Source: Rhizobium sp. (GTDB lineage: Bacteria > Pseudomonadota > Alphaproteobacteria > Rhizobiales > Rhizobiaceae). From it: DNA of 53,466 nucleotides. The position numbers and the translations under genes are program-made. The stretch is taken from NCBI RefSeq assembly GCF_003501385.1, contig NZ_DNPN01000081.1; one strand, given 5' to 3'. Positions 1 through 22,700 of this stretch are shown in pieces (the first letter of the stretch is position 1; the number at the start of each line of letters is the position of its first letter). The notes beneath the pieces are model-generated. The model saw only the letters and a program-made list of their open reading frames with translations, searched no databases and had not been told where the DNA came from.

Positions 1-7765
<7,765 letters not shown>

Positions 7766-7788
<23 letters not shown>

Positions 7789-10700
7789 TGTTTTGATCCA
7801 ATAGCTTGAGAATATCGCTGGATGAAAGTTCACCGGCCTCAAACCGGGCTTTCAAACTATGAATAAAATCGAACTTGCCCTCGCTGGCTTGACGCGCTGG
7901 AGGCTGAGGTATCGCGCTGGACAAGCGGGACACAAGATGATCTGCAAGCAGGTCCAAAGAGGTATAATCGTAAAGAACAGAGCCGTTGAGCGACACGCCA
8001 AGCGCATCGCCAACGTCGGACGCAAATGCCATTCCAACAATAGAATCAACACCTTGATCCGAAAAATTCCGATGAGAGACAATCGCGTTTTCACCAACAC
8101 GCAATGCTTTGGCGAGATGCTTGGTCATCAAGGCAACAATGGCCCGCCGGTCCACATTGGATTTCGCTTGAGGTTCCTTGCTGACAGGTGTCGATTTGAC
8201 GACCTGTGGCTGACGGATACACAGAACCTGCCCCGCCGTTCCGGCCCGCAGGGAAGAAAGGCTCAGGGCTAGGCAGGCGCAGGCCTCCTCATCGCTGAGG
8301 AAACCGCTTGCATCAAGACCACTGGCACGATCGCCCAACAGAGCCTGCCAACCTCCCCAGTTGATAACGCCAACCGGGAAACGGGCCTTGATGGCCAAGC
8401 TGCGCGCATACCCGTCAGCAAAGGATACGCCCGCCGAATAGGCCGGATGGGTTGCAGCTGCCGCAAACGCTTCCGCCGAGGAGAAGAAGCACAGGAAATC
8501 CAGCGGCAGGTCAGCAACAGCACGATAAACATTGACGGCACCTTCCGCCTTGATGGCAAAGATCCGGCGGAATTCGTGTTCCTGCAAGCCAGCATTCGGG
8601 CTGTTGTTGGCCCTCATGTCGCTGGCCGCAAAAATGACGCCATCAATGCCACCCCAGAGCTGGCCGATCTGCCTGATCGCGGCAGCAATATCCTCGGCCT
8701 GCGTGGCATCCGCCCTCAGGTAAAGTGGTCTTGATGCCGGATCGAAACCATTGAGCAGCGCCGCAACAGCAGGATCATTGGCCGATCTGCGACCCATCCA
8801 GGCAACCCGCGCCTGATATTGGTCGCAGAGATAGCGGGTGATGACATTGCCCACCACGCCTGCGCCGCCAATCACCACATAGCGTCCACCTGCACGCAAT
8901 TCAGCACCCGGCTTTACCCCTTGGTCAAAGGGCTTGTTGTCACGGGCCAGACGCTTGCCACCCTCAAGACGGAAAACCTCGCCCAGGGGGGAAGGCGGTT
9001 CGGTCATGATCATCCGGGCCAGATCGGGCATTGTCCCAAACCCATCCGGCGTTCCAGCCAGCTCCAGAGTTCGTACCCGGAAAGGTCCACCTTGGCGTGC
9101 GAGATAATAGGCAAGACCGGGCAACCCATTGCCGCCATCGACATCACCGTCTTGAGTGACGACAAAACAATCCAGCACGGGAGAGGCCAACTCAGGCCGC
9201 GCCCGCAATGTGTTGATCAATCGCAACAACGCCAATTCTGCCACAGGCTCTTGCGGCTGTGCCTGCCAACCAGAGCCCGCCGCGATGACATAGAGGGCGT
9301 CAATCGGCCCATGGCTTGCCAATACCGCCTCCGGCCAGCCGGAATGCGCGGTTGAAAGCCCCTGTCCTGCCGCTGCATGTGCTTGGGGCAGCGCACCAGC
9401 CAGCTGAACGGTCTGCACCTGTGCATCCCGATTCCGGGTCTTGATCCGGCCTTTCAGTGCCTCCACCAGAGGGGCAGCGCCATCCGGTGCCACAATCAAC
9501 ACCCGCGAAGAGACCGGCTCCTGGGCAGGGCTGGATATTGCGGCTTGGGTCCAGCCAACTGCCCGGGCAATCTGATAGGCCGAGGGATGGATCGCCGGAA
9601 CAGGAATTTCGACCTGTCGAATATCAACACTCTGCGTTTTGTTGATCAGGTCAGTGGAGAGCTTCAGCGGGGCAGCCTGCTGTTGCGTGGCAATTTCCGA
9701 CTGGCCGATCCAGTGTCGAATACGCGCGAAGGGATAGGTCGGCAGGCTGATCCGCTTTGGTTGGCCATTGAGCGGCAGATGCACGCGATCAAGCGCTCCT
9801 CCGGCCATCCAGTGCTGTGCCAGAGCCTGCCAATCCCCCGTTTCTATCCAGCGGGACAGCTGCGTTTCATTGGCGGGTTTGTTTACGCCTTCAGCGGTCG
9901 CCATCGACATATCCGATGTCAGCGATAGCATGGTGCTGGCTCTTTCCAGCTGCCCATCCAAATCTTGAAGATTGTCTACCACACCAGCCCAGCGCACAGG
10001 CTGGGGTTTACGCCCCACGCGCAAGGTGTAGGCGATATCTGCAAGCCGCAAGACCTGTCCCAATTGTCGGGCAGTCCTGATGAAGTGTAGAAGCCGCAAC
10101 ACTTGTTCATGCAATTGCCCTTGTGTGCGGGCGGACAGCAAGATGAGTTGCGGATTATGCGCATCAGCGCCAGCATTCTGCGGATAGACAGCTTCTTCGG
10201 TGTATTCCTCAAGAATGATATGGACGTTGGAGCCGGTTGCGCCAAAAGCGCTAACGCCTGCGCGCCGGGGCTGATCCTGACCTTCCGCAGTTTTTGGCGC
10301 AGGCCAGACATCCAGATCGCGCTGGATGCGGAAAGGGGTTTTGTCCAGCTGCAACATCGGATTTACCGGATCGGCATGCAGTGACGGCACCAGCAGCTTA
10401 TGGTGCAATTGCAGGGCCGTTTTGGTCAGGCTGCCAATGCCAGCCGCCGATTCCGCATGGCCAATATTGGATTTGACTGAGCCAAGTGCGCAATATCCAC
10501 TCGCATCCGTGTGCTGTCGAAATGCCTTTGTCAGCCCGTTCACTTCCACCGGATCACCCAGCATGGTGCCGGTGCCATGCGCTTCAATATAGCCAATGGA
10601 GCGGGCATTCAGGCCGGACCTGTCCAAAGCATCGCCGATCACCGCGGCCTGCCCAACCGGATTGGGCACACTGAACCCGCTGGAACGACCGACATGATTG

Positions 10701-13700
10701 GTCGCACTGGCGCGGATCACCGCATAGATATGGTCGCCGCTGGCCTTCGCATCGCTCAGGCGTTTCAGCACAAAAGCCCCAACGCCTTCAGAGGATACAT
10801 AGCCATCGCCACCCGTGCCAAAGGCGCGGCATCGCCCATCACTGGAATGCATGTTGACCTGACCATAGGTCTCGTATTTCGCCTTGTGCAGGGAAAGATT
10901 GACACCACCGGCAATGACGGCATCACTTTCACCGGCACGCAGGCTTTCCACCGCCAGATGCACCGCCGTCAGGGACGAAGAGCATAGTGTATCCACCGCC
11001 ATACTAGGCCCGTGCAGATCAAGTGCGAAGGACACCCGGTTGGCAATTTGTCCCTGATTGATGCTCAGGGGCCATGACTGGCCATCCGCTGCTAGAGCAT
11101 TGGCCTCACTGCCCACCAACATATAATCCTTGTGCATAACGCCTACGAAAACGCCAACCTTGCGTCGGCCATCCGTGGCATCAGGGGTCAGGCTCAACGG
11201 CGTATGCCCCGCATCTTCCAGAGCTTCCCATGCGGTTTGCAAAAACAGGCGCTCTTGCGGGTCCATGATGTCTGCTTCCGGACGCGAGATATGGAAGAAA
11301 TCGCAATCAAACTTGTCCGCATCGTCAAGGAAGCCGCCGTAGCGCGATTGCTGTGGCTTGCCGCTTGCTGTGCGGGCAATTGTATCTGGCAAGGACCAGC
11401 GCGAAGGGGGAACCTCTGTCACGCTATCCAGACCGCGTTTCAAATTGTCCCAGAACGCCGCAACATCATCAGCACCCGGATAGCGACCCGCCATGCCGAT
11501 AATGGCGATGGGCTCGTCACGCCTGACTGATGATGCGGCGTAAACCGGGGCTGCCAAGACCGGCTGGCTGAAATCGCGTCGGTTGAGGTTTGGGCGTGGC
11601 AAGGGCTGACGTTTTGCCACCAGACGATCTTGCGGATCGGCAGCCGCCAGAATGGCATGGGTATTGGTACCGCCATCCGCAAAGGAGCTGACCGCAGCCG
11701 CCAGCAAGGGCGCGGGCCAATCGCCCACCTGCCTTGGAAACACCATTCCGGCGTCCCGCATATCAAAATGCGGCAAGGATTGCTGCCCGCTCAGGAAGGG
11801 CACAAGCTGGGCATGCTCCAACATGAGCACAACTTTGATGATCGCCGCCATCGCCTCAGAGCACAGCGTATGGCCTATATTGGGCTTCACGGAACCGAGA
11901 TTGAGCGGGAACCCTTTGGCCTGAGGACGATAAACATCGCGGATCGCCTTCAACTCGACAAGATCGGTTGTAGCCGAGCCGCTGGCATTGGTTTCGATAT
12001 AGACAACATCCTCGGCGTTCAGGCCGCTCTGCTTCAGCGCCTTTTGCATCACCGCCTTTTGTGCGGCCAGATTGGGCGAGGCCGGTCCAACGGTGCGCCC
12101 GTCATTGTTGACGGCAATTCCCTTGATGACGGCGCGGATGCGGTCACCATCGGCTCTGGCCTGTGCCAATGGCTTGAGCAACACAACGCCCGCCCCTTCA
12201 GAAGGAACAAAGCCGCTGCCGCGTTGATCAAAAGCGTGAAATTCCGGGCTGGTGGCCAGAATGCCGCGCTGGCCGAAGATCTCATGGCCCTCATCGGTGG
12301 AGAGCAGGCTCACGCCTGCCACCATGGCCATTTCAATATCACCGGCGCGCAGGGCAGAAACGGCACTGCTCATGGCCGTGAGCGCTGAAGAGCACGCACT
12401 ATCAATGACCAGGCTTGGGCCACGCAGATCCAGAAACCGCGAAATGTTGGTGGCCAGATAATTCTGCCCCACCACCACAACTGGATTGCGGGTTTCCTGC
12501 AATCGTTCCATGGACGGCGCATGTTTGGTGCGTCCACCCACATACACGCCAATCTCGCGGCCACGCAATTCATCCTGTCGATAGCCTGCATCACAGCAGG
12601 CATAGATGGCCTCTTCCATCACCAACAGGGCCTGCGGGTCCATGGCCGCTACATCCTGAGGGGACATCAGAAAATAATCCGGATCGAAAAAGCCAAAATC
12701 GTCAATCAGACCGGCGAAATGATGGGTCTGCCGGCCCCAACGCTTTTGCGGCACACGGGTAATGGCGCTTTTGCCATCGCGGATCAGTTGCCAGTAATCC
12801 TCTGGTGTCGCAGCTCCAGGGAAGCGGGCTGACAGGCCGATAATAGCAATATCCGTTGACGATTGCTGTCCACGTTCAGGCTGCGGCAGGGTTGTTACCT
12901 TGGGCGTATCGTTCAAAGGTGCGGACTTCGGAAGACTGACAACCTCTGGCGTTTGCGCCTCCGGCAAGAGCCGTCTGGCCAGCGCCGCACCATGCTCCTT
13001 GACCAGCCAGCTCGCAAAACCGCCGATATGGCTGTGCTCAAGAATGGCGGAGGGATCGATCTCCACCTGCAATTCACGGTGAATGGTCTGCACAATCTCC
13101 GTGGTCATGATCGAATCGACGCCATAATCTTCCAGTGCGCCATCGCGATGCAGACGGTTTTTGTCGAAATGCAACAGCCCTGCCAGAATATCGATCACCC
13201 AATTCTCCGCAGCGCTGGTCAGATCGGGCAAGACAGACGGCGTAAGGGCAGGAACAGCTGTCGTGATTTTGTCTTCACGAGGCAGCGTTGTTTGTGCCGC
13301 CGCAGCCTTCGTGGATCCAAAACGGCGTCTCACAAGGCCCTCTGGCTGCCAGAGCGCGCCATCGGCCACCACCGCTGGCATGACAACGCCAGTGAGCTTT
13401 TGCGTTAAAATCTGCTCAAGCAGCGCCAGACCTTCTGCCTCGGCAAGCACACCAAGGCCAGTGCTGGCATAGACCGGACCGGGTGCAGCCTCCCCCATGC
13501 CCAGCGCCCAGCTTGGCCATTGGATACTGACAATTGGCAACGTGTCTTGCTGCATGAAGGCCACGTGATCCATATAGGCATTGGCCATGGTGTAATCAGA
13601 CTGGCCCACGGCAAGCGCTGGCATAGCGGCGGCAACCGATGAAAACAGGGCCAAAAACCGCAGTCGCTCCGGTTGAACGCATTGCATAATTCCATCAAGG

Positions 13701-16700
13701 CCAAGGGTTTTCGGCGCAAGCACATCGTGAATGTGCGCCAGTGGCTTGCCGGTAAAGGCAAGATGCGCACGGTCCACGGTGCCCGCCGCATGGATGACGG
13801 CTGAAACCGTCCCCAGTTCCGCTTCCGCCTCCCCGACACTCTGTGCCATGGCAGAAGGGCTGAGCGTACCATCCATCGGCAAGGACAGAACGATCACCTT
13901 GGCACCCAGCGCCTCAAGCACCTGAATGGCCGAGATTTTTTCCGCCAAGGGTCCGTGGATATGGTTTCGCCATTCCGTCCGGGGAGGCAACAGGTCTCGC
14001 CCACTCAACAACAAGCGCCGCACACTCCAGTGACGGACAGCGTGGCGTGCAATAGCTAGGCCGATGCCGCGCGTCCCACCCGTGATCCACAATACCTCTT
14101 GTGGATTGAAAGTCAGTTGTGCGGCAGGCGATGGAGCGCAAGCAAGCTCACACATCACCGACCGCAGGCGCTGGCCGCTACGGTAGACCAGGGCGTTGTC
14201 GTCTCCGTCATCGCCCAATTCCTGGATAATCGCCTCAATCTGATCCTCAATCCCGGCAGCAGCATCCAGATCAACATGGCGCGAACGCAGTTTCTGGTAT
14301 TCGCTCTGCAACATCCGATAGAGCGCCGCCCGTCGTGCGGCATCCCCTTGAAGGACACCGTGCCGATCCTCCAGACCACACGTCACACCCATCAGCAGCG
14401 AACCTGCGGCCAGATGCGGAACAAGCTTTTGCAGCCAACGCAGCCAACCATCAAAATCCGCTAGCGACGCCGCATTGCTGCATCCCGTCAGATCCACGAT
14501 TGCTGCAAAGTCCTTGGCGACCGCGACATCAGGCAGGCTGGCGGGGGTGATGATCTCAGCCGAAGCCACTCGAGATTGAAGACGCAGTGCAAGAGCATCC
14601 GTCGCACTTACGGCAAGGATTGCCAGTCTTTTCTCACCCAAACCAAGATGGCCGGTGGCGGGAGCGGGCTGCCAGTCTTTTTTCAGCAGGCATTGCGGCC
14701 TGCCTTGCGGCGGCTGCGGATGGTCTGCGGGTCCATATTGTGCTACGATGATTTCCGCAAAGGCACCCGGTGCCTGCAAGGGACGCCATGTTTGGCCAAA
14801 CCCTGCCCCGTGCAAGGCACGCTCCCAAAGCTGGCCATCCAGCATCGGGGTTCCGGGCAATCGGTTCTCGCCATCCTCATAAATCCACCAGCCATCCAGC
14901 AGGGCGAAAGTGCACAACAGCATAGCGGATTTTCGCGTGACTTCGTTGAGGATCAGCAATCCGCCGGGGCGCATGCCCGCTGCCAGATGATCCAGAACAG
15001 GAGCAATATTGCGGGTTGCGTGAAGAACATTGGCCGCGACCATGACATCCACGGGGCCATCGACAATCACATCCGGGCCTGCTGACGTCTCAATATTCCA
15101 CAGCGCATAGCGCAAGTAGTCGCGCCCGCGGCCCAGCCCGTTTTCGGCTCCGGTGAGGAAGGCAGGCGAAATATCCGTATACCAATAGCTGATCTGCTCG
15201 GCATAACGGTCAATTTTCGGCAGAATTTCAACCGTGCTGCTGCCCGTCCCGGCACCGGCTTCAGCAAGGCGAACAGTCCGGGCACCATCTTGTGTCAGAC
15301 GCGCCTCAACGGCCCGCGCAACAATGGCACTGAGTGTGGCATTGAGATGGATCGCCAAAGGATTATCACGCAACAGCGCCATAACCTTGCTCTGGTTTCC
15401 GCCGGAAAACAGCAGATCAGTGGCCTGTATTTCGCCACGGATCACCCCGCCAATATGGTCAAGGCAATGCTCCACCACTTCAATCTGGTTGGCCCAGTTC
15501 GGATCGGCTGCAAACCGCGCACGGGCAAGCTTTGCCTGCGGCTCAAGTTCGCCACGCACGCAGGAAAGACCAAGATTTGTCAGCACAATGCCATCTGGAG
15601 CACGGCTCACCAACCCTTCAGCCTCCATAAGCTCTGCTGCTTCATCAAACCAGCGTTGATATTTGCTGCTGACATCGGCCTGCGAAAACCGTCCGCTGCT
15701 GACAAGCTGACGGGTCAGTGCCAGGGCAATCCAACGGTCCACCTCGGATGACTGCACCGTTTGTTGCAGATGGGAAATATCTAGACTGCCACGTACCTGT
15801 TCAAGCAACCCCGCCGCCTGATGTGATGGCACATCAATGGAGGTTGAAGAGAATGCAGCAGGAAAGTTTAGTGCCAGATGATCGGCCAGATCACGCAGAT
15901 TGGTGTGTTCGAAACATAAGGTCGGTGGCAGCTCTGCGCCGACCTCATCGCCCAGAATCTGCGTGATAGAAACGATTTCTGCCGAGTCGATGCCCATTTC
16001 ATAATAGCCACGATCCAGAGGAAGCGTTTCCTCGACACGCCCCAAATGTCGTGCAAACAAATGTCTGACCCGGCTCTGGGCAGCGGTCACTTGCGATGAC
16101 GCATGCGTTTGGGGCGTAACCGCTGCCGTGTCGCGCCTTTGTCCCTGCAGAAGCTTGCTGGCGAGGCCATCCAGTTCTGCCAGAATCTGCCCTTGTTCAT
16201 CCACAAAACGCAGATCGAGCTGGGTAATATCGCCTTTGCGAACCATGGACTCTTTGCGGATAATCGCCAAACAGGGCCGATTTAACGGGGCAAAAAGCCG
16301 AAAATTCTGGATATACAGCGGCAGGTAAGCATCACCATCTCCCGCTTTTCCCTGATCTGCAATCCCTGCTGCCACGGCACCGGCCATGAGGAGGGCCGGA
16401 TGGGCCAAAATCACAGTTTTGCTATCGGCCACCGGTGGAAAAAGACGGGCGATGAAGGCTTCAGCCGTGTCTTCAATCAGGCCACTGGCCCGTACATAGC
16501 CAGAATAATCCTGCCCACGTATCCGGTCTCGATCATATATCCCATCCAGCGGCAGGCTTTTTTGAGCCGAAAACGCTGAATTTTGCACGTCAATCGGTTG
16601 CGCGCTGCTGCGATCACGGGTGAACACCACCCGCGCGCTGGCATAAGGCTCCTGATCTGCGCGGTCGCGGGTGGCAATGGTCACACGCCATTCATTTTCA

Positions 16701-19700
16701 GCAATGGATACCGCGCACTGGGCAAGGAGCAGGCTCTCTCCCTCACGCACGCAGAGCGGCTGAATGGCGGTGAGATTGCGGATCTCCAGCGTTTCCAATG
16801 GATAACCCGCCGCCTGAAATTGCTGAAGGATGAGATCAAGATAGCCAACGGCAGGGAACGTCGCCACACCATCAACTTTATGACCCGCCATGATGGGTGT
16901 TTGCACTGTCAGTTCAAATTCCAGATCACGCAGATTGCGAATGTCCATGACATCATCCTCGGATGCAGAGTGCTGCGGGTTTGAGGTTGCGACCACAGGC
17001 GGGAGCGGAGGGGACGGCTCCGGCAGAACAGCTTGTGGTAACCAGCAACGATCTTTGCGGAAGGCATAGCCCGGAAGGGAAATTCTGGGCGGTACGGTCT
17101 TGGGGTAAAGCGACGGCCAATCGACGGACGCCCCGCTTAACCATTGTCTTGCCAGATCATGCGCCTTGTCCTGACGATCAGGATCAAGAGCCTCTCGCTT
17201 CAGCGCCTGCCCCGCCAGAGCTTGATCGAGCTGGGCCAGAAGATGGCCAATACTGTCAAACACCAGTGCGAAACGGTGGGCAAAAGCCTCGCGTCCCACC
17301 TGCAATGTCCATGCCAGAGAGGCGGGGTCCACCGTTTCGCACTCATGGCGCAGGAAAGCCGCAAAATCCGCAAGGGTTGCTGAAAGCGCCTCCGGGTCCT
17401 TGACGGAAAGAGCAAAAACATAGGGTGGTACTGCGACATGCGTTTTCTCATCCGCAATATATTCCTGCACAATGACATGGGCATTGGCCCCACCGGCTCC
17501 AAAGGAACTGATGGCAACATTGCGCGCCCTTGGCTTGCCATTGCGGCCCAGCGGCCTTGGCCAATCCCGCGCCTCGCGCTGCACTTCAAACGGCGTGGCA
17601 ACAAAATCAATATTGCCATTCAGCGTTTCAGCATGCAGCGATGGAGCCAGGCGGTTATGTTCGAATTGCAGTAAAACCTTGGAGAGTGCGGCCATACCAG
17701 CAGCCGATTCAGCATGGCCGATATTGGATTTCACCGAACCAATCGGAATTTTATGGGCAACCTTGCCATCACGCTCAAAAGCCCGCTGCAAGCCTGCAAT
17801 TTCAATGGGATCGCCCAGCGATGTGCCGGTGCCATGAGCTTCGATGTAATCAATCTCGTCCGGTGCAAGCCCTGCACGGTCAAGCGCCTCGGCGATCAGA
17901 TCCCCCTGAGCGCGCGGGTTGGGTGCGGAATAGCCCTTGCCGGTGCCACCATGGTTGAGGGTTGATGCCTTGACCACCGCGAGAATGCGGTCCCCATCCG
18001 CCTTGGCAGCCCCAAGACGCTTGAGCAGCACGGCTCCAACACCCTCGGCCGGGACATAGCCAGACCCACCTTCGCCGAAAGAGCGGCAACGTCCATCGCG
18101 GGACAGGAAGCCACTGCGGCTCAACTGCACATATTTGAGCGGGTGACTGCTGACGTTGACGCCACCAGCAATTGCCACATCGCAATCGCCAGCGCGGATG
18201 GAAAGGGCAGCAAGGTGAATGGACGACAGCGCAGATGAACACATGCTGTCCAGTGCGATACTTGGACCATTGAAATTGAAGAAGTAGGAAACGCGGTTTG
18301 CCACGGACGCATAGGAGGATGACGTCGCAACACCCAGACCTTGCAGAGCCTCCTGCACACCATGGAGCTGATAATGGCCGTACATCATGCCGACAAAAAC
18401 GCCGGTTTTTTGCTGGGCCAGATTTTGTCGTGTCACGCCTGCATCTTCAAGCAAATGCCAGACGGTTTGCAGAAAGAGCCGCTCCTGCGGATCAATATGC
18501 TCGGCTTCCATCTGTGCCATACGGAAGAACATCGGATCGAATCTATCAATATCCTTTAGAAATCCACCCCATTTGGAATAGCTTTTGCCGGGTTTTCCGG
18601 GCTCAGGATCGAAATAGTCTTCTTGATTCCAGCGCTCAGACGGAATGGTTTCAATACTGTCTTTGCCGCTTTCAAGGTTGCGCCAGAACTCTTGCAGCGT
18701 GTCTGCCTGAGGAAAGCGTCCGCTGATGCCGATAATAGCAATATCATCGTCATCATCAGTCTTGTTCACCGGTTCACTGACAGCCGATGAGAGCGATGCC
18801 AGCGGCATGCTCGGCGAGTGGTCATAATAGTCTGACTGTGGTTCAAAAACCGGGTCTTCCTCTGTCGGGTCTATCGATTCACCAGAAAAGGCCTTGATCG
18901 CCGCGTCCACCAGAGCATTATCCTTACCCGCCAGAAAACCTGTCAAATCGCCCAGTGTCACATATTCAAACAATAGCGTCTTGGGCAGGGTACCAAACAC
19001 ATCCTCAAGGCGGCGGGTAATTGACAGAGACAGGAAGGAATCCACCCCATAGCCATCGAGCGGCAAAGCTGGATCAATCTCTTGCGCTGACAGTTGTAAT
19101 TCCTCGGTAAAAAGCGCGGCCAGCGCCTTCCCGAGTTGATGTGTTTTATCGGCAGCAGCATCCGCAACACGCGGCTGCATCTCAACCTTTGGAATTGGCT
19201 TTTGCAACCCCGCATTCAATGCCGACAACAGGCGCTGAGGATCACCACTCCCCACCAGAACCTGCGAATTGTCGCAGGCCAGCGCCCTTTCAAGTGCCTG
19301 AAGACCAGCATCGGAAGACAAGGGTTCAAGCCCGAAAGTGGATTTCATCAACAGCTCATGGCCGGGTGGAAGCTGGAAGCCACCCTGCCCCCAGAACGGC
19401 CAATTGATGGACAGACTGAAGCCGCGCCTTAACCCTTGTTCGACCAGACCTCTGCGCCACTGCATGGCGTGATCCATGAAGGCATTGGCAAAGGCATAAT
19501 CTGCCTGACCAACATTGCCAAACACCGCAGCCGTTGAGGAGAAGGCAACAAAGCAGGCGAGATCATCATTTCGGGTGGCCTCATCCAGATAGGTCAGCCC
19601 GTAAAGCTTCGGAGCGAGAACAGCATCCGCAGAGGCGCGGTGTTTTTTCAGAATAAAGCCATCGTCCGAAACACCGGCTGCATGGAAAACACCACTGATG

Positions 19701-22700
19701 CTTCCAAAGCGGACGCGAAGCTGCGCCATGAGCTGATGCACCTCCTGCCGTTTCGTCACATCTGCGGCGATAACGGCGACGCGACTCCCCACCTCATTCA
19801 GCAAATCAAGGTGCGCCTTGACCGCAGGCGATGGCTCGTGACGACTGGACAGCACAATTTTTGCGTGGGTTGACTGCCGCAACAGCCATTCAGCCAGTTG
19901 TAAGCCGATAGCTCCTGTACCGCCGGTGATCAGATAAACACCGTCATCGGATCGTGGTGACCATTTGGATGTGAGGGTATTGGCAGAGATCGGCTCCCAT
20001 GCCCTGATCTGACGGCGCCCCTCTAGAAGTCTCAGCGCCACGACATGTTCCGCAATGCTGAAGCACTCTGTCAGCAAAAATCGCATATCGGCGGTGGGTG
20101 CGTGGGCAACAACCTTGAAATCCACGGCAGGGGTTTCAGCCCGAAGAGAATGTGCAAAGGCGATCATGGCGGCATGCGTAGCATTTGCCAGTCCAGCATC
20201 GCCGCCCTGCTCGGCATACAGATAGAGATAGGGCAGACCACCCGCACGGGCAGTGATGAGTGCCCGGCAGGCTGTCAATGCGGCGTCAAAGCCGGTCGTC
20301 ACACACTCACTCAACACGCCATTCTGCGCAGGCAGATGCACCACGGCGAGCGACCGGCCTGCTGCTTTTACAATCGTCTCGATACGATCAAACAGAGCCT
20401 GTTCATCAACGGTCCTCAGATCGATGATGTCCAATCCAAAACCAGCATTGGCAAGCCGCGTGTCTGCATCCCCTGCACCATCAAGGACCAGCAAGCGCTG
20501 CGGCTGGCTGCGGGATGCCGTTATTGCGCGTGCATCGCGCCAGACCGGCTGGAACAATGCCGCTTCGCGCCCCTCGGTTTGTGACGGATCACCCGAGATT
20601 TTGGGAGAGCGCATGCCACGAAATTGCATGGCATTCAATGCCCCAACAACCTCTCCGTCCTCGGACAGGAAGCGTGCATTGAACAATCGCTCACCTGTTT
20701 TCTCGACCAGAACATATCGCGCCAGCGGCAAGCGGGCGCGATCCCCTGTGATATCCTGCAACGAGAATGGAATGGCCGAATCCCGCGCAGGTCCCTCCAA
20801 ACCGGCCATCATCAAGCCCGCAATTTGCAAAGGCGCGTCGAGAATGGCTGGGCTCACCAAAAATTGCGTCGCATCTTCAGGAACAGTGAGAGGCTTCAGC
20901 TCTGCCAACGCCTCATGCTCGCCCAAAGCCAGCCAATCGACAATCCGGAAACTGTCACCATAAGAGACCCCAAGCGTGACGAGACGGGCATAGAAGTCTT
21001 GGCCGCTGACCTGCCGGGGGCAGCGCTTCAACACACTCACCAGACTGGTTTTTTCCAATGCCGCGTAAGGTTGATCAAGCCTGCGCACAAGACCGGCACT
21101 GGCCGTCTGGCGCATGTCTTCACCTGCAAAAAGCTCAAAGGACAGCCCATCGGGTTTTGGCGAGAGCTTCAGAGTCAGAGGCACCGCCGCCCCTTCTGCG
21201 TCAACGGGCACAAGAACAGGGGCAACCCAGATCAGATTTTCCAGCCGGAAAGATGTACCACGATCAAATCGGGCAACCTTGAGCGCCAGCAGAAGAGAGC
21301 CAACACCGGGGAAGACCTGTTGTCCCGCCACAACATGATCTCTCAGGAAGGATTCCTGCCCTGTCAGCACCAGTTGGAAATGGCTGTCAGCCGGTTGCTG
21401 TACGGTGCCTTCAGCCCCTTTCACCCAATGGCGGGTGCGCTCAAACGGATAAGAGGGCAACGCAATGCGCGCCGGAACCGTGCCGGGGTATAGGAGGTTC
21501 CAGTCAATCTCCTCACCCGCCACAAAAAGCTGGGCCAGTTCATAGAGATTGCCCTCTCTGGTCAACATTTTGATCAGTGATTCAGTCGCAGGTTTACGAG
21601 CTGCCTGTCCGGATGCGTCAGACACAACCGCACTAAAAGCGGCAGGGTCTGCCAGCACATCGCCCTGCTCAACAAAGCCTTGCAAGCTTTCGACCAATGC
21701 CGCGTGACTGGCCGCGACAATTGCCAGCCGATGCGCCATGGCATCACGTCCGAACTGCAATGTCGCGGCAACGGAAGCCAGATCACCTTGGCTTTTGCTA
21801 TTGAGGAAGGCTGCGAGACCCGCCACTTGGCGCACAAGTGCTGCACGATCACGGGCAGACACCACAAACAGCAAAGGCTTGCCTGCCAAGTCTGTGTTGG
21901 GTTCAGGTGTTTTCATCCATTCCTCCAGCACCAGATGACCATTGGCACCGCCAAAGCCAAATGAACTCAACCCCGCACGACGCGGATAGGCCCGCCCCTG
22001 CGGGTCATACCGCACCGGCCAATCCCGGGTTTGGGAGACCAAAGCCAGCCGGTTGGTGGTGAAATCCAAAAGCGGATTGGGATCTTGCAAATGCACGGTT
22101 CCGGGTATGCGTCCGTGCTTGAGGCTGAGGACCAGTTTGAACAGACCAGCAAGCGCTGCTGCTGCCTCCAGATGGCCGATATTGCTCTTGACGGAGCCGA
22201 TCAGAATTTTCTCAACACCGTCCTGTGACGACGCTTGTGCCGCAAACACCTGATTCAGCCCGTCGACCTCAATGGGATCGCCAAGCGCGGTCCCAGTGCC
22301 ATGGGCCTCGATGTAGCTGATGGTATCCGCCTCCACATCACCATCGCTCAGGGCTGCCCGAATGACCTCGGCCTGAGCATTAGGATTGGGGGCAGTCAGC
22401 GATGCACTTTTGCCACCATGATTGATGGCCACCCCACGGATCACCGCCTGTATGGGATCACGATCCCGAATGGCGGCCTCCAGCCCCTTCAAAACAATAG
22501 CACCAATGCCTTCACCGCGTGCATAACCATTGGCACGGCGATCAAAGGGTTTGCACCGGCCATCTTCACTCAACATCTCGTTTTTGCTCAATGTTTCATG
22601 CACGGTGGGCATCAGAATCAGATTGACCGCGCCTGCAATGGCAAGATCGCAATCCCCCCGACGCAAGGCATTGACGGCTTGATAAATGGCCGTCAATGCG

